Shown here: in pieces, positions 17,803-26,478 of the stretch
Layout of the letters: every line of letters starts with the position of its first letter
Numbering within the stretch: the stretch's first letter is position 1
Assembly: GCA_017853815.1 (NCBI GenBank)
Contig: JAFMIT010000002.1
Span: forward strand, 1-44,400
Length of the DNA: 44,400 nt
Reading direction: 5' to 3'
Origin: Actinomycetota bacterium
GTDB taxonomy: Bacteria; Actinomycetota; Actinomycetes; S36-B12; UBA5976
Translations under genes and position numbers: made by a program
Notes under the pieces: generated by a model
The model's database searches: none
What the model was told of the DNA's origin: nothing
What the model saw: the letters and a program-made list of their open reading frames with translations, nothing else

Positions 17803-18684
17803 ATGCCAACCACCATTCCACTTCCCTCAACTCAACTTAAGGCGCCTGGCCCCGCCCGCATGATTGAAGAAATCGATTGTCTCCTCAACCAGACCACGCT
17901 CGGCACCTACTTTGCAGTGATCAGTCGAGAACAGCAGTTGCGCGCGCTGTCGTCGGTGAGTTCGACCGAGAACGGCGAGCTAGAACAACTGATTGATGCC
18001 ATGACCGAGGCTTCAGACCGCGCAGTCGTGGTGATGCGGTTTCCCGAGCGATTTCCCCACGAGCGGATGCGAAGCTGTATGCGACAGTGGGCACAGTCGC
18101 TAGGCGACAGGGAGTCCCGAATTCTGGATGTACTGCTCGTCTCGCCGACACATTGGTGGTCGGCCATGTGTCACGACGAGGACTGCTGCCCACAGACTGG
18201 TCGACCACGTCTTTCACCGCGCTTCTCCCCGCTGTCCAGCACTGAACGCAAACGATTGTGGACTGAGTGGCAGGAACTGCGCACAGACACGCACCTCAGC
18301 ACCACGTGGGAGGCCGAACGCCTGGCGACGCTTATCGATGGACTCGTCGACTTACGTCTGCGTGACTGCATCCTTGCGCACGCTGGTCAACACCCTGATC
18401 AGCGCACTGCGTGGACACAATTGATTCTTGTTTTGCTAGATAATCCAAACTTCTCACGCAATGTGGCTCTCAAAACAACACTGTGCGCGTTGACGTATTT
18501 ACGTGGCGATCTCAACGCTGCGCGCGCTATTGCTGAAGAAGCACTCAACATTGATGGGAGCTACTCGCTGGCACTACTGCTACACAAAGGGCTCGTGACG
18601 AAAGCTCCACCAGGAACGCTCGAAGCTGCATTTCGAAACGCTTCAATCGAAACACTCATTGATGGCGAAAAAATGTCCGCGTGA
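17803..18684 (+). CDS. DUF4192 family protein
   Basis: The central WWSAMCHDEDCCPQTGRP motif and overall size resemble actinobacterial DUF4192 proteins. AGGAG lies upstream of the ATG. Confidence 0.6.
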   Translation: MPTTIPLPSTQLKAPGPARMIEEIDCLLNQTTLGTYFAVISREQQLRALSSVSSTENGELEQLIDAMTEASDRAVVVMRFPERFPHERMRSCMRQWAQSLGDRESRILDVLLVSPTHWWSAMCHDEDCCPQTGRPRLSPRFSPLSSTERKRLWTEWQELRTDTHLSTTWEAERLATLIDGLVDLRLRDCILAHAGQHPDQRTAWTQLILVLLDNPNFSRNVALKTTLCALTYLRGDLNAARAIAEEALNIDGSYSLALLLHKGLVTKAPPGTLEAAFRNASIETLIDGEKMSA

Positions 18685-18694
18685 CATCGGCGCA

Positions 18695-18706
18695 GAGAGA
18701 TCTCTC
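18695..18706. promoter_or_regulatory. Perfect 12-bp palindrome GAGAGATCTCTC in the DUF4192/VOC spacer
   Basis: Read directly. The function is unknown. Confidence 0.25.
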
Positions 18707-18888
18707 GTGACTTGCACCGAGGAACAAAAAGGACCCGATTGCCGAAGGCTTCCCCTCCCGCGACAACCGAGTCAGGGCGAAACCTAGAGCCTTGCCCCTG
18801 CGCTTGTGAAATTGACACGCCGAACCCTGGCCCGCGCCCGACGAACCAGAAAAGTCGGGGTGGTTTCAAGCGGTGTCGAAGCACTCTC

Positions 18889-18894
18889 TACTCT
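18889..18894 (+). promoter_or_regulatory. Putative -10 element TACTCT, 6 nt upstream of the VOC-gene ATG (leaderless)
   Basis: tactct-ctgccc-ATG(18901). Confidence 0.4.
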
Positions 18895-18900
18895 CTGCCC

Positions 18901-19536
18901 ATGCGTTTAGATCACGTCTCCTACGCCGTCAGTCACCATGAGTTGACTGACACGGTTCAGCGCCTCGGCGCAATGCTCGGTGCGAGTTTCTATGACGGCG
19001 GACGACACCCATCGTTTGGCACCAGCAATTTCGTCTTGCCACTACTAGATGGCAAGTACATCGAGGTCGTTGCAGCACTTGATCACCCCGCTGCAGATCG
19101 AGCTCCCTTCGGGCAGGCTGTTCGTCAGCGTGCCGAAGCCGGCGGCGGTTGGCTGGGCTGGGTCGTATCGTGCTCAGATATCACTGCGGTTGAAGAGCGA
19201 CTTGGGCGCGCCGCCGTTCCAGGTCACCGCAAACTTCCTGATGGTTTTGACCTTCGCTGGAAGCAAATTGGTGTTATCGAGAATATTTCTAGCCCACTGC
19301 TTCCATTTTTCATTGAGTGGGAAACAAGCGCCGAACACCACCCGTCTGTTGGTGGGCATTCAGTTAGCCTGAAGGCAATTGAACTTTCGGGCGATAGCAA
19401 CACCATCATCGACTACCTCGGCGAAACGGCCTCCAATCCGCTTGACGATGTGCACGTTGAATGGGTAGACGCCGAGGACCCAGGAATTGTCTCGGTCACT
19501 TTCGAAACTCCACATGGAGTAGTTCGAATCGATTAG
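18901..19536 (+). CDS. VOC / glyoxalase-like domain protein
   Basis: MRLDHVSYAVSHHELTDTVQRLGAMLGASFYDGGRHPSFGTSNFVLPLLDGKYIEVV matches the glyoxalase-like domain pattern. I placed the start at ATG 18901 rather than the ORF-track TTG at 18712. Confidence 0.65.
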   Translation: MRLDHVSYAVSHHELTDTVQRLGAMLGASFYDGGRHPSFGTSNFVLPLLDGKYIEVVAALDHPAADRAPFGQAVRQRAEAGGGWLGWVVSCSDITAVEERLGRAAVPGHRKLPDGFDLRWKQIGVIENISSPLLPFFIEWETSAEHHPSVGGHSVSLKAIELSGDSNTIIDYLGETASNPLDDVHVEWVDAEDPGIVSVTFETPHGVVRID

Positions 19537-19934
19537 AAGCGCTTTAAACGGCCGCTGAACCAGCCCACACGAGGCGGTCCAGCGGTCGTTTCGCTTTGGA
19601 TTCCACGTCGCTCAAGGAATATCCACAGCGAAATGGCGAGCACCACTAGTCCGAAACCGAAACCCAGATCCTCCACCGGCGCGTAGGCAAGCCGGCCATC
19701 ACCTACGAAGGCGGGGGTTCCAGTGTCTGGCGAATCACCGCCGAGGATGGCCGCATCTCGATATTTCACGATTCCGAGTCCCGTGAACAGCCCGTTGCTG
19801 AGGAGCTGGAAGAACACCACAATCGCATAGGACACCCAGAACACTCGCTGCCTCAAAATCTTGGTTCTCAAAATGTAGATGTCGAGAACAATCGACAACA
19901 CGATGGCGGTCAGAGATAGTTGCGTGTAACTCAT
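19533..19934 (-). CDS. Lycopene cyclase domain protein (heterodimeric CrtYc/Yd- or CrtYe/Yf-type subunit)
   Basis: A small 3-4 TM protein with AYAPVEDLGFGF (PxE[ED] motif). Its ATG overlaps the upstream partner's TGA (ATGA at 19931-19934). Confidence 0.75.
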   Translation of the reverse strand: MSYTQLSLTAIVLSIVLDIYILRTKILRQRVFWVSYAIVVFFQLLSNGLFTGLGIVKYRDAAILGGDSPDTGTPAFVGDGRLAYAPVEDLGFGFGLVVLAISLWIFLERRGIQSETTAGPPRVGWFSGRLKRF

Positions 19935-20290
19935 TTCTTCCACCAATCGGGCCGAGCCGACCGGACAGCTTCAAAACTCAGAATTGCACAGACAGGGATG
20001 ACGCAAAAGAAGAGGATTTCGTCCACTGGAATATTTCCAAGGACGCGTATGCCCACGATTTGAGTCTCATCGAAGAACCAATGTCCGCGACTTATTGCGT
20101 ACCAGTCCCACAGGCTGAATACCGCCACCACGACTGGGGTCAGAATCAGCAGCCGCTTCCAGCGACGAAGGACTCTCGTTCTCAACAAGAATTCGAGCCA
20201 CAGACTGCCAGCGAGGCAACCGAGAAGCACAAGCACGTAATGAAGATTGCGCACCAGCATCCTTTCTCTTCGCCAATCAGCTGCCAACAC
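19931..20290 (-). CDS. Lycopene cyclase domain protein (partner subunit)
   Basis: A small membrane protein with NIPVDEILFF (PxEE motif). The start is GTG 20290; TTG 20287 and ATG 20260 are alternatives. Confidence 0.75.
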   Translation of the reverse strand: MLAADWRRERMLVRNLHYVLVLLGCLAGSLWLEFLLRTRVLRRWKRLLILTPVVVAVFSLWDWYAISRGHWFFDETQIVGIRVLGNIPVDEILFFCVIPVCAILSFEAVRSARPDWWKK

Positions 20291-20295
20291 GTCCG

Positions 20296-20301
20296 AATCT
20301 A
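20296..20301 (-). promoter_or_regulatory. Putative -10 element TAGATT, 5 nt upstream of the cyclase GTG (leaderless)
   Basis: The minus strand reads TAGATT-cggac-GTG. Confidence 0.35.
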
Positions 20302-20326
20302 GCCTCTGATTCAGCAGACTGACTTC

Positions 20327-20332
20327 TAAACT
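20327..20332 (+). promoter_or_regulatory. Putative -10 element TAAACT, 7 nt upstream of the kinase ATG (leaderless)
   Basis: taaact-tggctaa-ATG(20340). Confidence 0.35.
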
Positions 20333-20339
20333 TGGCTAA

Positions 20340-22400
20340 ATGAGCGTTTCCCCCGATTCTTTGATTGGTCGCACGCTCGACGGTCGCTACCGAATCGAAT
20401 CGATTGCCGCCCGCGGCGGCATGGCGACAGTCTTTCTCGCGAGCGACTTAAGACTGCGCCGAGTGGTTGCGGTCAAGGTGATGCACGCTTCTCTCGCTGA
20501 CGATCCCAACTTCGTGGCCCGATTCCAGCGTGAAGCTCGAGCTGCGGCGGCGCTGACACATCCGCACGTCGTGTCCGTTCACGATCAGGGACGTGATTCG
20601 GCAACCGGCGCCGTGTACCTCGTGATGCCGCTCGTTGAGGGATACACCATTCGCGACGTGCTGACCGAGCGCACCTTGCTGACCCCTACCCAGGCGCTCG
20701 CTGTGATGGACCCCGTCCTTCAGGCGTTGACGGCCGCGCACGCTGCAGGTTTCATTCATCGTGACATCAAACCTGAAAACATCATGATTGCCGATGATGG
20801 CACCATCAAGGTGACAGATTTTGGTTTGGCCAGGGCCATCGAAGATGGTGAAGGCACTCAAACAACAAAATCAGTGCTCATCGGCACCGTGGCGTATCTC
20901 TCGCCGGAACAAGTGGAGCGCGGATTTACCGATGCTCGCAGTGATGTTTACAGTGCTGGCGTTCTGCTTTTCGAAATGATCACTGGCAAAGTTCCGCACG
21001 CCGGGGACACGCCCATTGCGATTGCGTTTCAGCATGTACACAGCGACATTCCAGCGCCATCGCTCGTAAATCCCGACCTGCCGGCCATCTTCGATCGACT
21101 TGTCCGCAAGGCCACTCAAAGAAATGCCGAGCTTCGCTACCAAAGCGCTGATGACTTTCTTGCAGACGTTCGACATGCTCGCGGCGTTCTCGAAGGCAGC
21201 ATCACTGATGCGCCGATACAGGTGCCCTCTGAAAGCTTGCCGACGACAATCATCGAGCGACCAGAACGACCGCTTCCAACCTCAGTGCCACCGAGTGCCC
21301 AAACGGAGTGGGATCGCATGCGCAACGCCGCAGCAGCGGAAGAAGCCGCCGATTCTTTGCATCCGACAATTGAAACCCCACTCACGCCAGCCATCGAGGG
21401 AGCCACAACTCGTCGTGAACGCGTTACCGGCACCCGCGGCCAACGACGAACCCAGAGAAGTCGGTCTGCGGCCGGTGCAACGTCGACGCCCAAGCGTGGC
21501 CGAAAACTTCGCTCGCTTGCCGCTGTGGCTTTGGTCGTAGTGGCCGGATTTGTTTGGTGGAGTTACCAAAACTCGCGCACCACAGTCCCCCAGCTAGTCG
21601 GAAAGCCAGTGGCCGCTGCCCAGGCCGACCTCGAGAAAGCCGGACTGACTCCAAACCTCAAACAGGAAGTGTTTAGCGACACGGTCAAGAAGGACTTGGT
21701 GATTTCGGCGGAACCTGAGAGTGGGGTGACACTGTCCAAAGGCACCGTCGTGGACTTGGTGGTTTCAAAAGGTCCCGAACGCTTCGCTGTACCAAGCGTC
21801 AGCGGCAAGAGCATTGATGAAGCCACGACAGCAATCACGGCCCAAAACCTCGACATCAGTGGCACAGACCGAAAATTCAGTTCCGTAGTCGCAAAGAATC
21901 GTGTGATTGGCACCAACCCTGACGCTGGTACAAAGCTGCTCAAAGGCGAGTCGGTGCGTTTGATTGTGTCCCGTGGTCCGCAGCCAATTCCTGTGCCGAA
22001 TGTCAAAGGGCTCGGAGTTGAAGCCGCGGTGAAGCGGCTGCAAAGTGCCGGATTCAGCGTGATTCGACAAGTGCGCGATTTCTCTGACACCGTACCCGCG
22101 AACAAGATCATCAAGCTCAGTCCGCGCCCAGGTTCCAAGCAACTACCTGAAGCCGAAATTATGCTGACGGTATCCGACGGTCCGCCTCCAGTGACCGTGC
22201 CTAACGTTGTTGGCAAAACGAAAAAGGTGGCCTTTGCGGCCCTCGAGGCGCTTGGACTTAAGCCCGTGATCGATAGCTCGAATACCTGCAAGAAGGGTGC
22301 AAGCAGCAGTGCTGTTCTCGAGCAGTCCAGCAAAGCAGGAACACAAATCCCGAAGGGTTCCACCATCAAACTTGGGGTGTTCTACTACTGCAAGAAGTAG
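20340..22400 (+). CDS. Ser/Thr protein kinase with four extracellular PASTA domains
   Basis: The Hanks kinase motifs are GGMATVFLA, VAVKV, HRDIKPENIM and DFGLAR. A TM segment (LAAVALVVVAGFVWW) follows, then four ~65-aa PASTA-like repeats. It sits next to class II DAHP synthase, as pknL does in mycobacteria and corynebacteria. Confidence 0.9.
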   Translation: MSVSPDSLIGRTLDGRYRIESIAARGGMATVFLASDLRLRRVVAVKVMHASLADDPNFVARFQREARAAAALTHPHVVSVHDQGRDSATGAVYLVMPLVEGYTIRDVLTERTLLTPTQALAVMDPVLQALTAAHAAGFIHRDIKPENIMIADDGTIKVTDFGLARAIEDGEGTQTTKSVLIGTVAYLSPEQVERGFTDARSDVYSAGVLLFEMITGKVPHAGDTPIAIAFQHVHSDIPAPSLVNPDLPAIFDRLVRKATQRNAELRYQSADDFLADVRHARGVLEGSITDAPIQVPSESLPTTIIERPERPLPTSVPPSAQTEWDRMRNAAAAEEAADSLHPTIETPLTPAIEGATTRRERVTGTRGQRRTQRSRSAAGATSTPKRGRKLRSLAAVALVVVAGFVWWSYQNSRTTVPQLVGKPVAAAQADLEKAGLTPNLKQEVFSDTVKKDLVISAEPESGVTLSKGTVVDLVVSKGPERFAVPSVSGKSIDEATTAITAQNLDISGTDRKFSSVVAKNRVIGTNPDAGTKLLKGESVRLIVSRGPQPIPVPNVKGLGVEAAVKRLQSAGFSVIRQVRDFSDTVPANKIIKLSPRPGSKQLPEAEIMLTVSDGPPPVTVPNVVGKTKKVAFAALEALGLKPVIDSSNTCKKGASSSAVLEQSSKAGTQIPKGSTIKLGVFYYCKK

Positions 22401-22405
22401 TAGAC

Positions 22406-22918
22406 CTAGTTGAAACCTGCTTCGAGATGAAGAAGTTGCTGCTTCATCTCGCTACCCCAGTAATAGTTCCCGATTGAACCATCAGACTTGATGACTCGGT
22501 GACACGGCACAATCAACGGCACCTGGTTGGTCGCGCAAGCCGATGCCGCAGCGCGAACTGCTCCAGCATTCCCGGCCATCACAGCAAGCTGCGCATATGA
22601 GACAGGTGCTCCCGCAGGAATCTGTCGCATGGCTCGCCACACAGACTGCTTAAACGGTGTGCCAGGTTGAGCGACTCCGATTCGAAGTAGTGCCTCTGGT
22701 TCCCCATTCATCCATGCGAGCAGGTGTGTCCGCACATCCGAACCAAAACCGCATGTCCCTGAATGCATTTTGAACTCTTGAGCAATCGGCTCACCGATTT
22801 TCAGCGACGTGACCGCACCGTTGGTAGCTTGGGCGTATCCGTCAACGCCTTCGGCGGCTTCATCGAAACGACAAGAGATCACGCCAAAGTTCGAAGGTAT
22901 GACAAGCTGAAGTACCAC
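22406..22918 (-). CDS. ogt: Methylated-DNA--protein-cysteine methyltransferase
   Basis: Active-site IVPCHRVIKSDGSIGNYYWG. Confidence 0.88.
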   Translation of the reverse strand: MVLQLVIPSNFGVISCRFDEAAEGVDGYAQATNGAVTSLKIGEPIAQEFKMHSGTCGFGSDVRTHLLAWMNGEPEALLRIGVAQPGTPFKQSVWRAMRQIPAGAPVSYAQLAVMAGNAGAVRAAASACATNQVPLIVPCHRVIKSDGSIGNYYWGSEMKQQLLHLEAGFN

Positions 22919-22926
22919 TCGAGTCC

Positions 22927-24255
22927 TTAGCGCTTAAGCAGCATGTCGGCGACATGAAACGCAAGTTCCACCGACTGTTCTCGATTGAGGCGCGGATCGC
23001 ATGCGGTCTCGTAGCGATCTTCGAGATCGAGCTCAGAAAGGCCGCTGACGCCACCAATGCATTCGGTGACATCGTCGCCAGTCAATTCAATGTGCAGGCC
23101 ACCTGGGTGGGTACCGAGCGAACGGTGTACCTCGAAAAAGCCAAACACTTCATCGATGACTTCGTCGTAAGAGCGCGTCTTGTATCCATTCGAGGTCTCT
23201 TTGGTGTTGCCGTGCATCGGGTCACAGCACCAGACCACAGGATGCCCGCTTTCTTCAATCGCTTGCACGATGGCTGGCAAGACAGTGCGAATCTGACCGT
23301 GACCCATGCGGGTGATAAAAGTGAGACGTCCAGGAATCTTGTGCGGATTCAATTTGTTAGCGAGCTCCACAGCAAGTTCAGGTGTGGTCGTCGGTCCAAG
23401 CTTCACACCAATGGGATTATGGATCGTGGCTGCAAAGTCGATGTGTGCGCCGTCCATCTGACGGGTGCGCTCGCCGATCCACAGGAAGTGTCCTGAAACC
23501 GAGTAAGGCTTGCCTGTGCGAGAGTCGATTCGGGTCAGCGGACGTTCGTAATCGAGAACCAACGCTTCGTGTGCTGCGAAAAATTCGGTACGACGAAATT
23601 CGTCTGGATCTCGCCCACATGCCGACATGAAAGCAAGCGCACGATCAATATCGCTTGCGACTTTCTCGTAATGCTGACCCACTGGCGACGAACCGACGAA
23701 CGACTGGTTCCACGAATGCACCATGCGCAGGTCAGCAAAACCACCCTGCGTGAATGCGCGCACGAGATTCAGAGTCGAGCATGACGCGTGGTACGCCTCA
23801 ACGAGTCTCGCAGCATTGACCCGACGCGCGTCTGCTTCGAACTCAATCTCGTTGATGCCGTCGCCCTTGTAGGACGGAAGTTCGACGCCATCGCGAACCT
23901 CTGTGGGCTTGGAACGGGGCTTGAAGTACTGCCCAGCCATGCGACCAACTTTGACAACAGGCAACGACGCGCCGTACGTCAGCACGACAGCCATCTGCAA
24001 AACCGTCTGAAGACGCGCTTTGATCGAGTCGGCAGTGTTCGCCACAAATGTCTCGGCGCAGTCGCCGCCCATCAAGACGAACGCTTTTCCGGCCGCGACG
24101 TCGGCAAGCCGATCGGTCAGGGTGTCACATTCACCAGCAAACACCAACGGCGGCATCGAACGTAGCCGCTGCTGGGCATATTCAAGCGCGGCAGAATCTG
24201 GCCACTCAGGTTGCTGAGCGGCAGGCAAATTGGGCCACGAAATTTGTGCTGTCAT
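22927..24255 (-). CDS. aroG: 3-deoxy-7-phosphoheptulonate (DAHP) synthase, class II
   Basis: The N-terminal WPNLPAAQQPEWPD, then KPRS and the C-terminal region, are typical of class II (plant/actinobacterial type) DAHP synthases. 442 aa. Confidence 0.93.
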   Translation of the reverse strand: MTAQISWPNLPAAQQPEWPDSAALEYAQQRLRSMPPLVFAGECDTLTDRLADVAAGKAFVLMGGDCAETFVANTADSIKARLQTVLQMAVVLTYGASLPVVKVGRMAGQYFKPRSKPTEVRDGVELPSYKGDGINEIEFEADARRVNAARLVEAYHASCSTLNLVRAFTQGGFADLRMVHSWNQSFVGSSPVGQHYEKVASDIDRALAFMSACGRDPDEFRRTEFFAAHEALVLDYERPLTRIDSRTGKPYSVSGHFLWIGERTRQMDGAHIDFAATIHNPIGVKLGPTTTPELAVELANKLNPHKIPGRLTFITRMGHGQIRTVLPAIVQAIEESGHPVVWCCDPMHGNTKETSNGYKTRSYDEVIDEVFGFFEVHRSLGTHPGGLHIELTGDDVTECIGGVSGLSELDLEDRYETACDPRLNREQSVELAFHVADMLLKR

Positions 24256-24262
24256 GCGGGAA

Positions 24263-24268
24263 ATCGTA
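24263..24268 (-). promoter_or_regulatory. Putative -10 element TACGAT, 7 nt upstream of the aroG ATG (leaderless)
   Basis: The minus strand reads TACGAT-ttcccgc-ATG, with no SD. Confidence 0.4.
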
Positions 24269-24434
24269 CCGACGCGCCCATGACCCCGCCGACGTGTTCA
24301 CAATTCGGGCTCCAAGCTCGAAAACGAACAAACACTCTGGCGACCACTGCTCGAGTGATACAGCCCTCGCGCTACCGTATTCCCCTACTCGCCACTGTTG
24401 TCGAGATCCCCACATTTGCGTTGGAAGGACATCC

Positions 24435-25658
24435 ATGGCCCCGGTCCGTAAAGTCGCTCTGCTCACAGCGGGCGGTCTTGCACCATGTCTCTCGTCTGCC
24501 GTTGGCGGACTGATTCAGCGATACACCGAACTCGCTCCAGACGTCGAAATCATTGCCTACCGCGGTGGCTATGCCGGCTTGCTTCAAGGAGACAGCATTG
24601 TCGTCACGGACGAAGTTCGTGCAAAGGCTCACCTGCTTCACGGTTTCGGCGGTTCTCCAATCAACAACAGCCGCGTGAAGCTCACCAACATCAAAGACTG
24701 CGTGAAGCGAGGCTTAGTTAAAGAAGGCGAAGACCCACAAAAGGTTGCGGCAGACCAACTCGTCAAAGATGGCGTGGATGTTTTGCACACCATCGGTGGC
24801 GATGACACCAACACCGCTGCTGCTGACCTTGCGGCCTTCCTTGCCACCAACAACTACCCGCTGACCGTGGTCGGCCTCCCCAAGACAATCGACAACGACA
24901 TCATCCCCATCGCACAAAGCCTCGGTGCGTGGACGGCCGCAGAACAGGGCGCGGTGTTTTTCACAAACGTCGTCTCTGAGCATTCCTCCAATCCACGAAT
25001 GCTCGTGATTCACGAAGTCATGGGTCGCCATTGCGGATGGCTGACCGCAGCAACGGCCCAGGCGTACCGCCAGATGCTCGATGATCGCGAATGGCTCGAC
25101 GCTTTCGGTGTCCCACGTATGCGCCGCGATATTCACGCTGTGTATGTGCCAGAGCTCAACATTGATATCAACGCAGAAGCCGACCGGCTTCGCACGATTA
25201 TGGATGAGCATGGAAACGTCAACATCTTCCTTTCGGAAGGCGCTGGCATCGACAGCATCGTCGCAGAAATGGAATCGCGCGGCGAAGAGGTTCCACGCGA
25301 TCCTTTTGGTCACGTCAAAATTGACCTGATCAATCCAGGGGCTTGGTTTGGAAAGCAATTCGCACCAATGATTGGCGCCGAGAAAGTCCTCGTTCAAAAG
25401 AGCGGCTACTTCGCTCGCTCGGCAGCCGCTAACGCTGCAGACATCGAGCTGATTCGCGAATGCGTCGAGGTTGCAGTGGATGCCGCAATGGCTGGCACTC
25501 CTGGCCTCGTTGGACACGATGAAGAGCAGGGCAATGCATTGCGGGCGATTGAGTTCGAGCGCATTAAGGGCGGCAAGGCCTTCAACACTGAACAAGAGTG
25601 GTTCGGATCCTTGCTTGAAGGAATCGGTCAGCCGAAGGGTTCAGCTGCGCATCACTGA
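24435..25658 (+). CDS. pfp: Pyrophosphate-dependent 6-phosphofructokinase (PPi-PFK)
   Basis: Motifs VALLTAGGLAPCLS, TIGGDDTNT (Asp rather than Gly) and LPKTIDNDI (Lys rather than Gly) are the PPi-type signatures. I placed the start at ATG 24435, after GGAAGGA, not at the ORF-track 24048. Confidence 0.87.
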   Translation: MAPVRKVALLTAGGLAPCLSSAVGGLIQRYTELAPDVEIIAYRGGYAGLLQGDSIVVTDEVRAKAHLLHGFGGSPINNSRVKLTNIKDCVKRGLVKEGEDPQKVAADQLVKDGVDVLHTIGGDDTNTAAADLAAFLATNNYPLTVVGLPKTIDNDIIPIAQSLGAWTAAEQGAVFFTNVVSEHSSNPRMLVIHEVMGRHCGWLTAATAQAYRQMLDDREWLDAFGVPRMRRDIHAVYVPELNIDINAEADRLRTIMDEHGNVNIFLSEGAGIDSIVAEMESRGEEVPRDPFGHVKIDLINPGAWFGKQFAPMIGAEKVLVQKSGYFARSAAANAADIELIRECVEVAVDAAMAGTPGLVGHDEEQGNALRAIEFERIKGGKAFNTEQEWFGSLLEGIGQPKGSAAHH

Positions 25659-25670
25659 TGCATGTAATGA

Positions 25671-25704
25671 GTGAAGGGCAGATGCGTGCGCATCTGCCCT
25701 TCAC
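25671..25704. terminator. Bidirectional hairpin terminator between pfp and plsC
   Basis: gtgaagggcagatgcg / cgcatctgcccttcac are near-perfect 16-nt arms. ttatatat follows on the plus strand. Confidence 0.65.
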
Positions 25705-25719
25705 TTATATATCGTCTCT

Positions 25720-26475
25720 TTACGCTGGCGGAATATTCGGATCGGCACTCTCATCGGCATCTGCCGCTTCGGTGACTTCGACCATGTCTGGCGTGGGATT
25801 CGCGATGATTTCCTTCGCCTTCGTAGCGTAAATATCTACGTATTCCTGCCCGCTCAATTGTTGCAATGCCATCATGACGCGATTAGTCGCTTCGCGCAGC
25901 GCTGCAGGGTCGCGAACGCGATCTTTGAATTCGCTGAGGTCAATCGGTTCGCCGAAGGCAATAGTGATTTTTCCGAGCTTAGGAAAAACCTGCCCTGTTG
26001 GCTGAATCTCGTATGTGCCAATCATGGCCACGGGCACGACTGGTACGCCAGCTTCGATGGCCATGCGTGCCATACCCGTTCGACCGCGGTACAACTTTCC
26101 GTCAGGTGAGCGAGTTCCTTCAGGATAAATCCCTAAAAGTTCTCCGCGACCCAGGATCCCCAGCGCAGTGGTGATGGCGGCCTCTGCGGCACGACCTCCA
26201 CTACGGTCAATCGGGACCTGGCCCACACCTGAGAAAAACATCTTTGAGATAAAGCCCTTGATGCCCGGGCTCGTGAAGTACTCGCTCTTCGCGAGGAACG
26301 TAATCCGTCGACGAACAACGAGCGGCAAAAAGATTGAGTCACTAAACGACACGTGGTTCGACGCAAGAATTGCGCCACCGACTTTGGGAACGTATTTCTT
26401 GTTGACCACTTTAGGTCTGTACAAGATGCGAACCCACGGTCCGAGGATGATGTATTTGACGAAGTTGTAGAGCAT
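25720..26475 (-). CDS. plsC: 1-acyl-sn-glycerol-3-phosphate acyltransferase family protein
   Basis: NHVSFSD (HxxxxD) and YPEGTRSPDG motifs. Confidence 0.85.
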   Translation of the reverse strand: MLYNFVKYIILGPWVRILYRPKVVNKKYVPKVGGAILASNHVSFSDSIFLPLVVRRRITFLAKSEYFTSPGIKGFISKMFFSGVGQVPIDRSGGRAAEAAITTALGILGRGELLGIYPEGTRSPDGKLYRGRTGMARMAIEAGVPVVPVAMIGTYEIQPTGQVFPKLGKITIAFGEPIDLSEFKDRVRDPAALREATNRVMMALQQLSGQEYVDIYATKAKEIIANPTPDMVEVTEAADADESADPNIPPA

Positions 26476-26478
26476 CGC

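Noticed and set aside
18712-18900. A TTG-initiated extension of the VOC gene
   Set aside because: The translation is a low-complexity Pro/Arg/Thr-rich peptide. The VOC domain begins at MRLDHVSY (ATG 18901), which has a -10-like TACTCT 6 nt upstream.
21563-22369. A 268-aa minus-strand ORF inside the PASTA kinase gene
   Set aside because: It is antisense to well-supported PASTA repeats, and I recognise no motif.
24048-24434. A 129-codon N-terminal extension of the phosphofructokinase ORF
   Set aside because: The extension overlaps the aroG coding region on the other strand and is Arg/Pro-rich with no PFK similarity. The conserved PFK N-terminus (VALLTAGGLAPCLS) begins right after ATG 24435, which is preceded by GGAAGGA.
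24714-25595. A 293-aa minus-strand ORF inside pfp
   Set aside because: It is an antisense shadow of a strongly supported PFK gene.
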